Source: Eledone cirrhosa (Eukaryota). Taken from it: a DNA stretch of 64,000 bases. Positions 1-11,990 of this stretch are shown in pieces; positions within the stretch are counted from its first letter, which is position 1, and each line of letters opens with the position of its first letter. The notes below the pieces were generated by a model. It did no database searches and was not told the origin of the DNA. It saw only the letters and a list, made by a program, of their open reading frames with translations. The position numbers were made by a program, and so were the translations under genes. The DNA lies in the NCBI GenBank assembly GCA_964016885.1, contig OZ024742.1:259904001-259968000 (forward strand). The letters run 5' to 3'.

Positions 1-140
1 AACCAGCTGTCCATTACAAGACATCCAGCAATTAGCAATTATCTTGTATAGAAAGTAAGATGGATAATGGCCAGCGATTTGGGCCTTAAACTCCTGCGTC
101 CATATAGATCCTTTTAGATATATATGTACGCATAAATCTT

Positions 141-475
<335 letters not shown>

Positions 476-501
476 CAAAAGATGGTTAAAAGAGTTCCAT
501 G

Positions 502-572
502 TATTTTATTATGCGCATTTCAAAAACAAATATCATCATGGGATGATATTTGCGTTCTCATCAGATAAAATA
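502..572 (-). ncRNA. Type I hammerhead ribozyme, minimal Penelope-like form
   Basis: Minus strand: TATTTTAT-CTGATGA-[GAACGCAAATATCATC ccat GATGATATTTGTTTTT]-GAAA-TGCGCAT-A-ATAAAATA. Intact core, 8-bp helix I, 16-position helix II (2 GU, 1 mismatch), palindromic short helix III, AUA cleavage triplet; lies between two (TA)n tracts. Confidence 0.85.
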
Positions 573-638
573 AGGAGACATGATATGAAGCTTAAAAAAC
601 ACTTGCGAGCAGTGAAGTGTTAAATCAACATATAACCT

Positions 639-639
<1 letters not shown>

Positions 640-689
<50 letters not shown>
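640..689. repeat. (TA)n microsatellite
   Basis: Direct reading. Confidence 0.95.
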
Positions 690-691
<2 letters not shown>

Positions 692-784
692 CCAAAAATG
701 GCTGACTGACCACACACGTGGTTTTTCTCAAAAACTTTTAATCAGTTCCCTCTTCTTCTTCGTCTCTATGTTTCTATTTCATAT

Positions 785-884
785 AATTGTTTCTACTTTT
801 GGCACAAGTCCACCAATTACTCAGTGCATTACTGGTACTTTATTTTATCGACCTCGTAAGGATGAAAGGCAAAGTTAACCTCGG
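785..884 (-). mobile_element. SINE family A, 3' fragment
   Basis: Reverse complement of the GCCTTTCATCCTTACG..GGTCGATAAAATAAAGTACCAG..GTGCCAAAAGTAGAAACAATTAT segment seen in many copies in this window. Confidence 0.9.
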
Positions 885-1136
885 TTGTATTTTTTAATTT
901 TATCTCGCGAAGAAGGGCTGCTATATCAAATATTAAACCAATATATTTATTATTTGATTTGTTGTTTCCGTTTAATTTTCGTATACATATTTATAGATAT
1001 ATAATTGTATACATATATATATATATACATACACACTTTTAAAAAAATATGTGTATGTGTGTGTGTGTGTATAAATGAAAAAACAATGCTGTCAAGGACA
1101 GCGATGAGCAAAAATGCAAATATATATATATATAAG

Positions 1137-1430
1137 TGGATGGCTTCATGCGTTCTTAAAAGACGGAAGCCACACTGCGGCAGCCAACAGTAGGGCTCTC
1201 TCAAAGGAATCGTCTATAACAAGCAGCGTACCCCACAGAACGTTCTTGGGACCACTACTGTTTGTCGTGGTTCCCTCACGAGCTGTGCTGATGACACGAA
1301 AGTAGCACAAGCAATCAAGAAAACTGCTGATGCTGCTCTCTTACCGCAAGATTTAGATGCCGTATACGAATGGGCTGAATACAAGAATATACAATTTAAT
1401 GCAAGTAAGTTTCAAGCCATTCGTTTTCAA
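1137..1430 (+). pseudogene. Degenerate LINE reverse transcriptase fragment (CR1/L2/Jockey-like)
   Basis: WLHAFLKD..SSVPHRTFLGPLLF (cf. SGVPQG.VLGPLLF), then after a frameshift CADDTKV...QDLDAVYEWAEYKNIQFNASKF. Confidence 0.75.
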
Positions 1431-1716
1431 CCTACAATCATATGACCACCACAGCAAGAGTACGCTGAATCAAGGCAAAGCCTAATTTGCACACCGAGCG
1501 ATTTTACGGCCGGCTTTGCTGAAAATTGAAAACAAAATTTGTTTTCGCTCTAAAATGGTGGATACAGAAATGAATTTGAGAGTGAATAACAATACTATAA
1601 TAAATATGGTCTTCTAGAAATCACAGATGTTGTTATGCGGCTGTTTTCTTGCAAACAAACTGAATGTTAATAATATTATTATAATATTATTATTATTCAC
1701 TCGCGAATATATATGT

Positions 1717-1915
1717 GAAGGCGTGTGGCTGAGTGGTTAGAGAATTGGATTCACAATCCTGAGGTTGTGAGTTCGATTCCTGGATACGTTATGTCCTGGA
1801 GAAAGACACTTTATTTCACGCTGCTCCATCTACCTGGCGTTGCGACCGATAGATAGTATTAGCAACTGGAAAGACCGACGAAAACATTGTTTCCTCGGTC
1901 CGATTTGACGAAAGT
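1717..1915 (+). mobile_element. tRNA-derived SINE family B head plus alternative tail
   Basis: Box A TGGCTGAGTGG, box B GAGTTCGATTCC, AAGACACTTTATTTCACG core; tail shared with 21535-21800. Confidence 0.75.
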
Positions 1916-1953
1916 CGATTGAAAAAAATATATATATATATATATAATCAAGG

Positions 1954-1984
<31 letters not shown>

Positions 1985-2449
1985 GTAATAATAATAAATT
2001 TGAAGACTAAAATCCAAAGAGGGCTCGATAAGGATAAATATATATCAAATATATAAGAACCGTAGAGCAAATATTAAAATAACAGATTAATCTGTTATTT
2101 TAATAAATATATATATATAGAGAGAGAGGGGGAGAGAGAGAGATGTATATATATAAATATGTCTACATATAAAAATATACATATTTATGCATATATGTGT
2201 ACGTCAGTATAGAAGTAAAATCTCCGATGTTGAAATCCGCTCACTGAAAATAAAACCCATCTATCTTAAGTCTATCAAATTACCATGTATTAAGATATAT
2301 GTATATATATATATATGTGTGTGTGTATATATGTGTATGAATATATTTATTTATATGTATATAAATATACATGTGTGTATATATATATATATATATATAT
2401 TCATATATATATATAAATATGTATACATATTTATATACACACACATTCC

Positions 2450-2481
<32 letters not shown>

Positions 2482-2950
2482 AATGGTTTGGTTTTGTGTG
2501 TGTGTGTGTAGAAAGTGATATAAGCAAATGCTTTTATTCTTGTTCTTATGTTAATTTGTATTTTTTCTCCCCAACTTTGAAACCGTTCTGACCTCTGCTA
2601 AGCCAAAATATAGTTTACCAAATTAACTTGTGATTTGTCCGAATTTCTCTGATCCAGACATCAAGGCAATATCATTTCCTAATCTTGAACCACAATCTGA
2701 TTACCTATTCAGATTAGTTTCTATAAATATCATAGCAGCCAGTTTTGAAAATGGCTCACATTCTACTATAAAAGCATATGAGATGCACGTTATGTATGGG
2801 TGATAGTTTAATAGAGATGTGTCCATGGTCATGTACGAACATTTGGCCAAGTGGTTAGAATCTTTGGCTCACAACACTGCGAAATGTTTCAAAATGGCTT
2901 TGATTCTACTACAGAAAACCATGAAATATGACTGATATATAGATGGAACT

Positions 2951-3125
2951 TTAACCCTTTCAATAACAAACAACCTGAAACCGCCCCTGGTACTACGATA
3001 CAAATGTGTATTTATATTGTATCATAATTTAGTGTAACGGCTTTTCTTAAGTTATCTTCAAAACATCTGCCTAATAATGAGAAAGTATAATTACTGATTT
3101 GAAAATAATGGTAACAAATGGGTTC
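2951..3125. mobile_element. Possible TTAA/piggyBac-type MITE remnant
   Basis: Starts TTAACCCTTT and ends ..GGTAACAAATGGGTT, an imperfect inverse. Confidence 0.4.
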
Positions 3126-3327
3126 AAAGCGATATATATATGGTAGTGACGACTCAGGTTGTGAGTTAGATTTCCGGCAGCGCTTTGAGAAAGATACTTT
3201 ATTTCATGCTGTTTCATTAATGGAACATCTGGAACACTCATCGTAGAAACCGCCGGGGGTCCATTCCATTACACAAAACCCATAAAACAAGCATTTATCT
3301 CAGTGCATACAGGTATATATATATATA

Positions 3328-3467
3328 TATTCATTTTATTATAGAAATGACTTCTACAGGAGTAGAACTGTTTCATTTGGAAGAAACCCTCGGGGACTTT
3401 CCTGATGATTTCTTACGAATGAAACAGTTCTCATCATATAGAAGTAATTTCTATAGTAAAATGAATA
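3328..3467. mobile_element. Inverted (head-to-head) Penelope-like terminal repeat with two decayed hammerhead copies
   Basis: About 68-bp imperfect arms; the right arm has CTGATGA TTTCTTACGAAT GAAACAG, near-identical to 3937-3962; preceded by (TA)n. Confidence 0.7.
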
Positions 3468-3527
3468 CTCTAGTAACATATTCAGTACCTTTTTGACAGT
3501 GGTCGCCTCCCGATTTAAATCGGGATC

Positions 3528-3563
<36 letters not shown>

Positions 3564-3930
3564 GAACATTATATATATTTATATATATATAGGAAAAAGT
3601 ATGACCCCGACGGCAGAGCTCAAGCCGTTTCGCCGGCTATTTCTGGTTTAAACCCATCAACCATGACTGACCTCCAACCATCTTATAGACACCTGAAATA
3701 TAGGCATTGTTAGCTTAAGAGAAACTTAAAAATAAGGAGTGGCACTCCAATTTGAACTTGTTTATAGCATTCTTTCTGCCTTTGTCACTCTAAATTTAAA
3801 TTATAGCTTTAAAGAATTAGCTTTTAATGAATTCCCTTTTCTTTCAACCAACGACCTCCACACATCCCACTCCCCACCCTCTCCTACCACCAGAAAAGAT
3901 ATAAATACCAGCATATTTACTTGGACAGCC

Positions 3931-3981
3931 AGATTCCTGATGATTTCTCACGAATGAAACAGTTCTAGTCCTGTAGAATCT
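3931..3981 (+). ncRNA. Type I hammerhead ribozyme at the 3' end of a Penelope-like remnant
   Basis: AGATTC-CTGATGA-T TTC tcac GAA T-GAA-ACAG ttctagtc CTGT-A-GAATCT. 6-bp helix I, 4-bp helix III, GUA triplet, U.U at the base of helix II; followed by (TA)n. Confidence 0.72.
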
Positions 3982-4023
3982 CTTCTATATTAAAACTTAT
4001 ATATATATATATATATATATTAG

Positions 4024-4463
4024 ATAATTAGTTACAACAGTGACATATACAAGTACTTAAGTTTTGTTGGGTTATACGCCCCAACTCATTCAACCTGTTA
4101 TATAAAAAGAAAATGGCTACCTCCACAGGTTGATTCAGAAAAAATGTCCTTCAAGCTATAAATAAACAAAACTTTTAGACAGTGTAAAGGAAGGTAACTA
4201 TCAAAAAACACGAAGGTATGGAATTTGTGCAAAGTTAGGAATTCAAAGAAATTTAATTCCTTGAAATTGAAATTAATCTGGTTTATACAATTTTTTTGTT
4301 TGTTTTTGTTTATTCGAAATTACCTGCCTTTGAAGAACTCTCGCATTTTTTCTATATTAATCTATCGGGGTAGCCATTTTTTTACATAGTAGGCTGAATG
4401 AGTTAGAGTCTATAACTCGACAAAACTTAAGTACCTGTATATATCATTATTATAACTAATTAT
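4024..4463. mobile_element. MITE/foldback with about 120-bp imperfect terminal inverted repeats
   Basis: Left ATAATTAGTTACAACAGTGACATATACAAGTACTTAAGTTTTGTTGGGTTATA... matches the reverse complement of the right end, ATAATTAGTTATAATAATGATATATACAGGTACTTAAGTTTTGTCGAGTTATA... Confidence 0.75.
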
Positions 4464-4892
4464 ACTTAACTCGTCCATGGATATTTCTAACCAACTTATA
4501 CTACAGTATATATAAATTTCGCTATATTTTTTCTTCAACTATTGTTCAAGTGCATCAACAACAACAGTCACAAAATCAACAAAAACATCAACCACCACAA
4601 AATCAAAAATAATGTACAAGTGTGTTTTACAGTTTCTTGTATATGTGTGTGTGTGTGTGTGTATTCGTGTATATGGATGTGCGTTGTGTGTGTGTGTATG
4701 TATATATATATGAATGTGTGTGTGTATGTTGTATACGTATGTGTGTGTGCATAAATATGTGTGTATTTATTTTAATTATCCAATGCCTTGTATGTCTTGT
4801 AAATTGCAATTGTGCCGTTGTTGTTGGTTGTAGTAGTCATGGTGACATAGCTAAATAGTGTTCATAAATTTCATTTATGTTATTTAGCTGCA

Positions 4893-5625
4893 ATAGTTGT
4901 TGTTGCTGTTGTTGTCACTTTTGTTATTGCTGTTGTTATAGTTTCTGTTGTTATTGCTGGTGTTGTTACTGTTGTTATTGCTGTTGTTATAGTTTCTGTT
5001 GTTATTGCTGGTGTTGTTACTGTTGTTATTGCTGTTGTTATAGTTTCTGTTGTTATTGCTGGTGTTGTTACTGTTGTTATTGCTGTTGTTGTTACTGTTG
5101 TTATTGCTGGTGTTGTTACTGTTGTTATTGCTGGTGTTGTTACTGTTGTTATTGCTGTTGTTATAGTTTCTGTTGTTATTGCTGGTGTTGTTACTGTTGT
5201 TATTGCTGTTGTTGTTACTGTTGTTATTGCTGTTGTTTGCACTAATGCGATTGCTGGAGTTGTTATTATTGTTGTGGTTTGTTTTACTGCTCTTATTGCT
5301 GTTGTTGTTGTTGTTGTTCTTAATGTTGTTATTGCTATTGTTGTTGTCAGTGTTGTTATTGCTGTTGTTGGTGCTGCTACTGCAGCTGCTGTTGTTGTTG
5401 CTGTCAAGCCAGCTATGTGTTCTAACTGCTGTCGTCGTTGTTGTCTAGCCAGCATGTGTTCATACTGTTGTTGTTGTCAAACCAGCAGTGTGTATTAACT
5501 CTTGTTTCAGTTGTTATTTTGTTGTTTCTGTTGCTGTTGTTGTTGCTGCTGCTTTTGCTGATGCTTTTGCTGCTACTTTTGCTGCTGTTGCTACTTTTGC
5601 TGCTGTTGTTGTTGCTGTTGTTAAG
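4893..5625. repeat. GTT/GCT-derived minisatellite (about 51-bp period) grading into low complexity
   Basis: Repeated GTTATTGCTGTTGTTATAGTTTCTGTTGTTATTGCTGGTGTTGTTACTGTT. Confidence 0.9.
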
Positions 5626-5779
5626 CCAGCAGTGTTTACTAATTGAAATTTTGTGAAAGAAGGAACTGTGCCTGTTAATGACACGAGATAATGATTGAGA
5701 ATGATCGCTAGTTTTGTTGATTGGAGTGTTATACAGTTGTAGACAGCAATATTGGTGGCTGGCGGGTAAATAACAGTGG

Positions 5780-6300
5780 ATGGGAAGTCTTGGAGGAGAG
5801 AGGGGGATATATGGTAAGGAAGACAGACATATGGGAGGAGAGGGGAGATATGGTAAGAAGAGGGAGGGAAGGAAGGAGGGAGTCAGGTGTAGGCATGATA
5901 GGGTGAGAGGGGAAGATGTGGTAGGAAGAGAAAGGGATCAGAGATAGGCGGATAAGATACGGTAAGAAAAGAGAGGGAAAGGAAATCGGGTATGGGGAGA
6001 GGAGAAAGGTAGGGCCAAGAGAATGAACGGGTGCAGTCACTCTGTTTCTCTCTGACAGGGAGCGATTAGAGATAGAAAGAGTAATAGGAGAAAGAGAGGG
6101 TAGCGACAGAGAAGGCAGAGAGATGGGATGTAAGTTGATAGAAGGGTGTGGAGAAAGAAAAAGAGGGTAACAGGAGGAGAAATGAGAGAGAGGGGAAAAA
6201 GATGGGGAAAGTTGACAATGTGTGGAGAGAGGGAGAAGGTGAAGAGAATGGATGAGAATTGACCGAGAGTGTTGAGAGGATGGGGGGATTGGGGAGGCAC
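5780..6300. repeat. GA-rich polypurine low-complexity tract
   Basis: Strong purine bias on the plus strand. Confidence 0.8.
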
Positions 6301-6308
6301 AAATTGTC

Positions 6309-9300
6309 TCACAATCAATCAGATCTATTGTAACTGTTCTTTAATGGTCTAACCATGTTACATATTGTGTCACAACCAATCAGATCTATTGTAACTGTTC
6401 TTTAATGGTCTAACCATGTTACATATTGTGTCACAACCAATCAGATCTATTGTAACTGTTCTTTAATGGTCTAACCATGTTACATATTGTGTCACAATTA
6501 ATCAGATCTATTGTAACTGTTCTTTAATGGTCTAACCATGTTACATATTGTGTCACAATCAATCAGATTTATTGTAACTGTTCTTTAATGGTCTAACCAT
6601 GTTACATATTGTGTCACAATGAATCAGATCTATTGTAACTGTTCTTTAGTGGTCTAACCACGTTACATATTGTGTCACAACCAATCAGATCTATTGTAAC
6701 TGTTCTTTAATGGTCTAACCATGTTACATATTGTGTCGCAACCGATCAGATCTACTGTAACTGTTCTTTAATGGTCTAACCATGTTATATATTGTGTCAC
6801 AACCAATCAGATCTATTGTAACTGTTCTTTAATGGTCTAACCAAGTTACATATTGTGTCATAACCAATCAGATATATTGTAACTGTTCTTTAATGGTCTA
6901 ACCATGTTACATATTGTGTCACAATCAATCAGATCTACTGTAACTGTTCTTTAATGGTCTAACCATGTTACATATTGTGGCACAATCAATCAGATCTATT
7001 GTAACTGTTCTTTAATGGTCTAACCATGTTACATATTGTGTCACAACCAATCAGATCTATTGTAACTGTTCTTTAATGATCTAACCACGTTACATATTGT
7101 GTCGCAACCAATCAGATCTATTGTAACTGTTCTTTAATGGTCTAACCATGTTACATATTGTGTCACAATGAATCAGATCTATTGTAACTGTTCTTTAGTG
7201 GTCTAACCACGTTACATATTGTGTCACAACCAATCAGATCTATTGTAACTGTTCTTTAATGGTCTAACCATGTTACATATTGTGTCACAATCAATCAGAT
7301 CTATTGTAACTGTTCTTTAATGGTCTAACCACGTTACATATTGTGTCACAACCAATCAGATCTATTGTAACTGTTCTTTAATGGTCTAACCATGTTACAT
7401 ATTGTGTCACAATCAAACAGATCTATTGTAACTGTTCTTTAATGGTCTAACCATGTTACATATTGTGTCACAACCAATCAGATCTATTGTAACTGTTCTT
7501 TAATGGTCTAACCATGTTACATATTGTGGCACAATCAATCAGATCTATTGTAACTGTTCTTTAATGGTCTAACCATGTTACATATTGTGTCACAATCAAT
7601 CAGATCTATTGTAACTGTTCTTTAATAATCTAACCATGTTACATATTGTGTCACAATCAATCAGATATATTGTAACTGTTCTTTAATGGTCTAACCATGT
7701 TACATATTGTGTCACAATCAATCAGATCTACTGTAACTGTTCTGTAATGGTCTAACCATGTTACATATTGTGTCACAATCAATCAGATCTATTGTAACTG
7801 TTCTTTAATGGTCTAACCATGTTACATATTGTGTCACAATCAATCAGATCTATTGTAACTGTTCTTTAATGGTCTAACCATGTTACATATTGTGTCACAA
7901 TCAATCAGATCTACTGTAACTGTTCTTTAATGGCCTAACCATGTTACATATTGTGGCACAATCAATCAGATCTATTGTAACTGTTCTTTAATGGTCTAAC
8001 CATGTTACATATTGTGTCACAACCAATCAGATCTATTGTAACTGTTCTTTAATGATCTAACCACGTTACATATTGTGTCGCAACCAATCAGATCTATTGT
8101 AACTGTTCTTTAATGGTCTAACCATGTTACATATTGTGTCACAATGAATCAGATCTATTGTAACTGTTCTTTAATGGTCTAACCACGTTACATATTGTGT
8201 CACAACCAATCAGATCTACTGTAACTGTTCTTTAATGGTCTAACCATGTTACATATTGTGTCACAATCAATCAGATCTATTGTAACTGTTCTTTAATGGT
8301 CTAACCACGTTACATATTGTGTCACAACCAATGAGATCTATTGTAACTGTTCTTTAATGGTCTAACCATGTTACATATTGTGTCACAATCAATCAGATCT
8401 ATTGTAACTGTTCTTTAATGGTCTAACCATGTTACATATTGTGTCAAAATCAATCAGATCTGTTGTAACTGTTCTTTAATGGTCTAACCATGTTACATAT
8501 TGTGTCAAAATCAATCAGATCTATTGTAACTGTTCTTTAATGATCTAACCACGTTACATATTGTGTCACAACCAATCAGTTCTATTGTAACTGTTCTTTA
8601 ATGGTCTAACCATGTTACATATTGTGTCACAACCAATCAGATCTATTGTAACTGTTCTTTAATGGTCTAACCACGTTACATATTGTGTCACAAACAATCA
8701 GATCTACTGTAACTGTTCTTTAAAGGTCTAACCATGTTACATATTGTGTCACAATCAATCAGATCTATTGTAACTGTTCTTTAATGATCTAACCACGTTA
8801 CATATTGTGTCACAACCAATCAAATCTATTGTAACTGTTCTTTAATGGTCTAACCATGTTACATATTGTGTCACAACCAATCAGATCTATTGTAACTGTT
8901 CTTTAATGGTCTAACCATGTTACATATTGTGTCACAACCAATCAGATCTATTGTAACTGTTCTTTAATGGTCTAACCATGTTACATATTGTGTCAAAATC
9001 AATAAGATCTGTCGTAACTGTTCTTTAATGGTCTAACCATGTTACATATTGTGTCACAATCAATCAGATCTATTGTAACTGTTCTTTAATGGTCTAACCA
9101 CGTTACATATTGTGTCACAACCAATGAGATCTATTGTAACTGTTCTTTATTGGTCTAACCATGTTACATATTGTGTCAAAATCAATCAGATCTGTTGTAA
9201 CTGTTCTTTAATGATCTAACCACGTTACATATTGTGTCACAACCAATCAGATCTATTGTAACTGTTCTTTAATGGTCTAACCATGTTACATATTGTGTCA

Positions 9301-9552
9301 CAATCAATCAGATCTATTGTAACTGTTCTTTAATGGTCTAACCACGTTACATATTGTGTCAAAACCAATGAGATCTATTGTAACTGTTCTTTAATGATCT
9401 AACCATGTTACATATTGTGTCATAACCAATCAGATCTTTTCTAACTGTTCTTTAATGTTATAACCACGTTACATCTTGTGTCACAACCAATCAGATCTCT
9501 TCTAACTGTTCTTTAATGTCTAAACACGTTATATCTTGTGTCGCAACCAATC
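6309..9552. repeat. 61-bp satellite, about 53 copies
   Basis: Unit TCACAAYCAATCAGATCTATTGTAACTGTTCTTTAATGGTCTAACCAYGTTACATATTGTG; AGATCT recurs every 61 bp. Confidence 0.97.
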
Positions 9553-9747
9553 GTACGTAACTTTACATGAAAGACCCAGCTATGTAACATATAGTGTTAC
9601 GAGCAATCAGATGTATTCTAACTATACTTCAACTGTTACACGTGTCTGTAAAATACCAGAAAAATATGAAAATTTATATATTAAGTGTTAACTAGATTCT
9701 ATAAAATACATATTTAATGAATTAGATATAAATTGTGTGTAGATAGT

Positions 9748-10030
9748 GAAGGCGAGTGTCTTAAGTGGCTACGTTGGCTAAACGTCATGAGTTCGATTCC
9801 CGGTTGTGCGTTGTATTCTGAAGTAAGATACTGTATTTTTTGTTACTCCAGTCCACTCAGCTTGCAAAAAGGAGTTGTACTAGTAATTACAGGAGCTAGC
9901 CGTGTCACTCTGAATCCCTCTAAAGATACACGGGTCTCTGAAATGCTCAGGCACATGCACGTTAATTTCAAGGGCAATTAATAAAAAAAAAAGAAACTAG
10001 AAAATCATCATTGAAACCGACGGAGGTCCA
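9748..10030 (+). mobile_element. tRNA-derived SINE family B
   Basis: Box B GAGTTCGATTCCC, CTCCAGTCCACTCAGC and TGCACGTTAATTTCA shared with 30225-30531. Confidence 0.75.
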
Positions 10031-10649
10031 TTTCGAGCCTCGTCTCTTGCGCAAATTTATATTGATTTTTTCTTTGTTTTTTTTTTAATTTCTTGTTCAG
10101 TCGTATTCATGACGTCTCAAATATACAGACATCTGCCCTGAATTTCCTGCAAATATACCGACTAATTTTGATCAGTTATTAACAACTTATATTTCACTGG
10201 CGTATTTCTCTAAGTAATCTAATTTTCTGAAAATGAAAATTTTATTCTTACAACACAAATTCATAAGCATCTGTTTTCCTTTTATTTCATTTTATTCCTT
10301 CACATCCTATTTTTAAATTAAGACAAGTTGGTGGATATATCTTGAGAAAAAAATATCCAATATTCATAAATAGTTTATTTACAAGTACGTCATATTGAAC
10401 ATTGTTTTATATACTTTCAGTCGGTATGGAATTAAATAACATCTATTTGGAATAATAACCATATTATCGTTCGGCATATTCATATAGTATACTTTGAAGT
10501 TGCAATGTCTCACCACTTAGTGTTGATGTTAGTTAAAATGTAATATTAAAATGACTGTTAATTACTCTTTCTTATCTATTTGAAACCTTTTGTATTTATT
10601 GCTTTTAAACTTCTAGTCACATAATTGTTTTCTACGTATTGTGCAGTGG

Positions 10650-10830
10650 ACTTCCATCAGTTTCGACGATGATTGTTCCTGTTGACGCGATCAACGGAAC
10701 AACACAATCGTGGAATTACCGTGTAAATGGCTAAGCATACCACAGGCACTTGTACCCTTAACGTAATTCATAGGCAGATTCAGCGAGACACATAGTGTGA
10801 CAGGACTGACCCTTTGACTTACAGATACAG
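10650..10830 (-). mobile_element. SINE family B, 3' part
   Basis: Reverse complement of the family B tail (ATTCAGCGAGACACA, GATCAACGGAACA). Confidence 0.7.
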
Positions 10831-11178
10831 TCAGCTTCCAAACAGTTTCCATCTGCCCTGTTTCACTCACAAGGCATGAGTCAATCCAAGGTAAAATGAC
10901 ACATTGTCCAACATGGAATTGAACCTAGGATATAATTGTTTCTACTTTTGGCACAAGGCCAGCAATTACCCAGTGCATTACTGGTACTTTATTTTATCGA
11001 CCCCGTAAGGATGACAGGCAAAGTCAACCTCGGCAGGATTTGAACTCAGATCGTAAAGGGACGTAACTATGCTGGAAAGCATGGCGTCCGACCCTCTACC
11101 GATACTGCCAATCCACCACCTAGGATATAATGATTGCGGAGCGAATATTTCAACTATTCGGCCATGCTGCGTCCACAA
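10830..11178 (-). mobile_element. SINE family C interrupted by a family A SINE
   Basis: tRNA-like head 11132-11178 rejoins 10922-10830 (GCCTTGTGAGTG..GGAAACTG) after the insert is removed. Confidence 0.65.
10933..11117 (-). mobile_element. SINE family A, full length, with TSD
   Basis: TSD ACCTAGGATATAAT at 10923-10936 and 11118-11131. Confidence 0.92.
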
Positions 11179-11202
11179 GTGACGAGTGTTTTAAGATAGT
11201 AA

Positions 11203-11990
11203 GGTGACAAAGTGGCATAGCTGTTAGACTGTCGTATAGAATGATTTGTAGTATTTGTTCCGGCTCTCTGCACTCTGAGTTCAAATTCTTCCAAGATCAA
11301 ATTCGTCATTCATCCTTTCGTCCAGTAATGGGGGTCGATTCTTTCTCTATATTTCTTTTCTATTTCTTTCTCACTACTTCTTTCTCAAGAAGAAATCGGC
11401 TGTTTTCTGGACTGGAGAGAGATTAGGCTCTACTAGATTTAAATGACTAAGACATATCTTATGTCACGACGGTGCCATTACGGCTCCATCAAGAGGTAAG
11501 CTCCGCTTAGTTTTAGGCATTGTTCAACTTCTGGTGAACTGAAGAAACCTAGATTTTGTTTCGATTCTTAATTTAAACTTATTTAATTGGCGATCGGCGA
11601 TTAAATGCTTCGTTATTTTTTCAATGCACTCTAAGTTCAAATCCCGCACAGGTAATTTTTTCCATTTCATCATTTCGAGATCGTCAAATAAAGTATCAAT
11701 GCCAGGGCAGTGGTGGATAAAAATTGTTAAAGCGTCGGATGTATCTGATACGGCTTTGTGCATTCTGATTTCAAATCCTGCCTTCTTCTGTCAAAAATAT
11801 CAGCAATCAAAACATTGTTTCCTTGGGCCGATCTGACGATCGGTTTTTTCGTTACGTCGATAAAACTTTATTTGTTGACTTCGAAAGACAAAGTTGATTT
11901 AGGTGGGACTTGAACTCGGAGTGCAGAGATCTGGAACAAATACCACTATGTAGTTTATCTGACGCTGTAACGACTCTACCAATTGATGAG
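11203..11990. mobile_element. Cluster of old, degenerate family A SINE copies on both strands
   Basis: Diverged GAGTTCAAAT..CATTCATCCTTTCG motifs near 11280 and 11635, reversed near 11910. Confidence 0.6.

Noticed and set aside
1717-1790. tRNA genes at box A/B-containing sites
   Set aside because: No acceptor stem or full cloverleaf; they continue into dispersed SINE bodies
6309-9552. CRISPR-like array
   Set aside because: Contiguous monomers with no unique spacers; no cas genes; eukaryotic context
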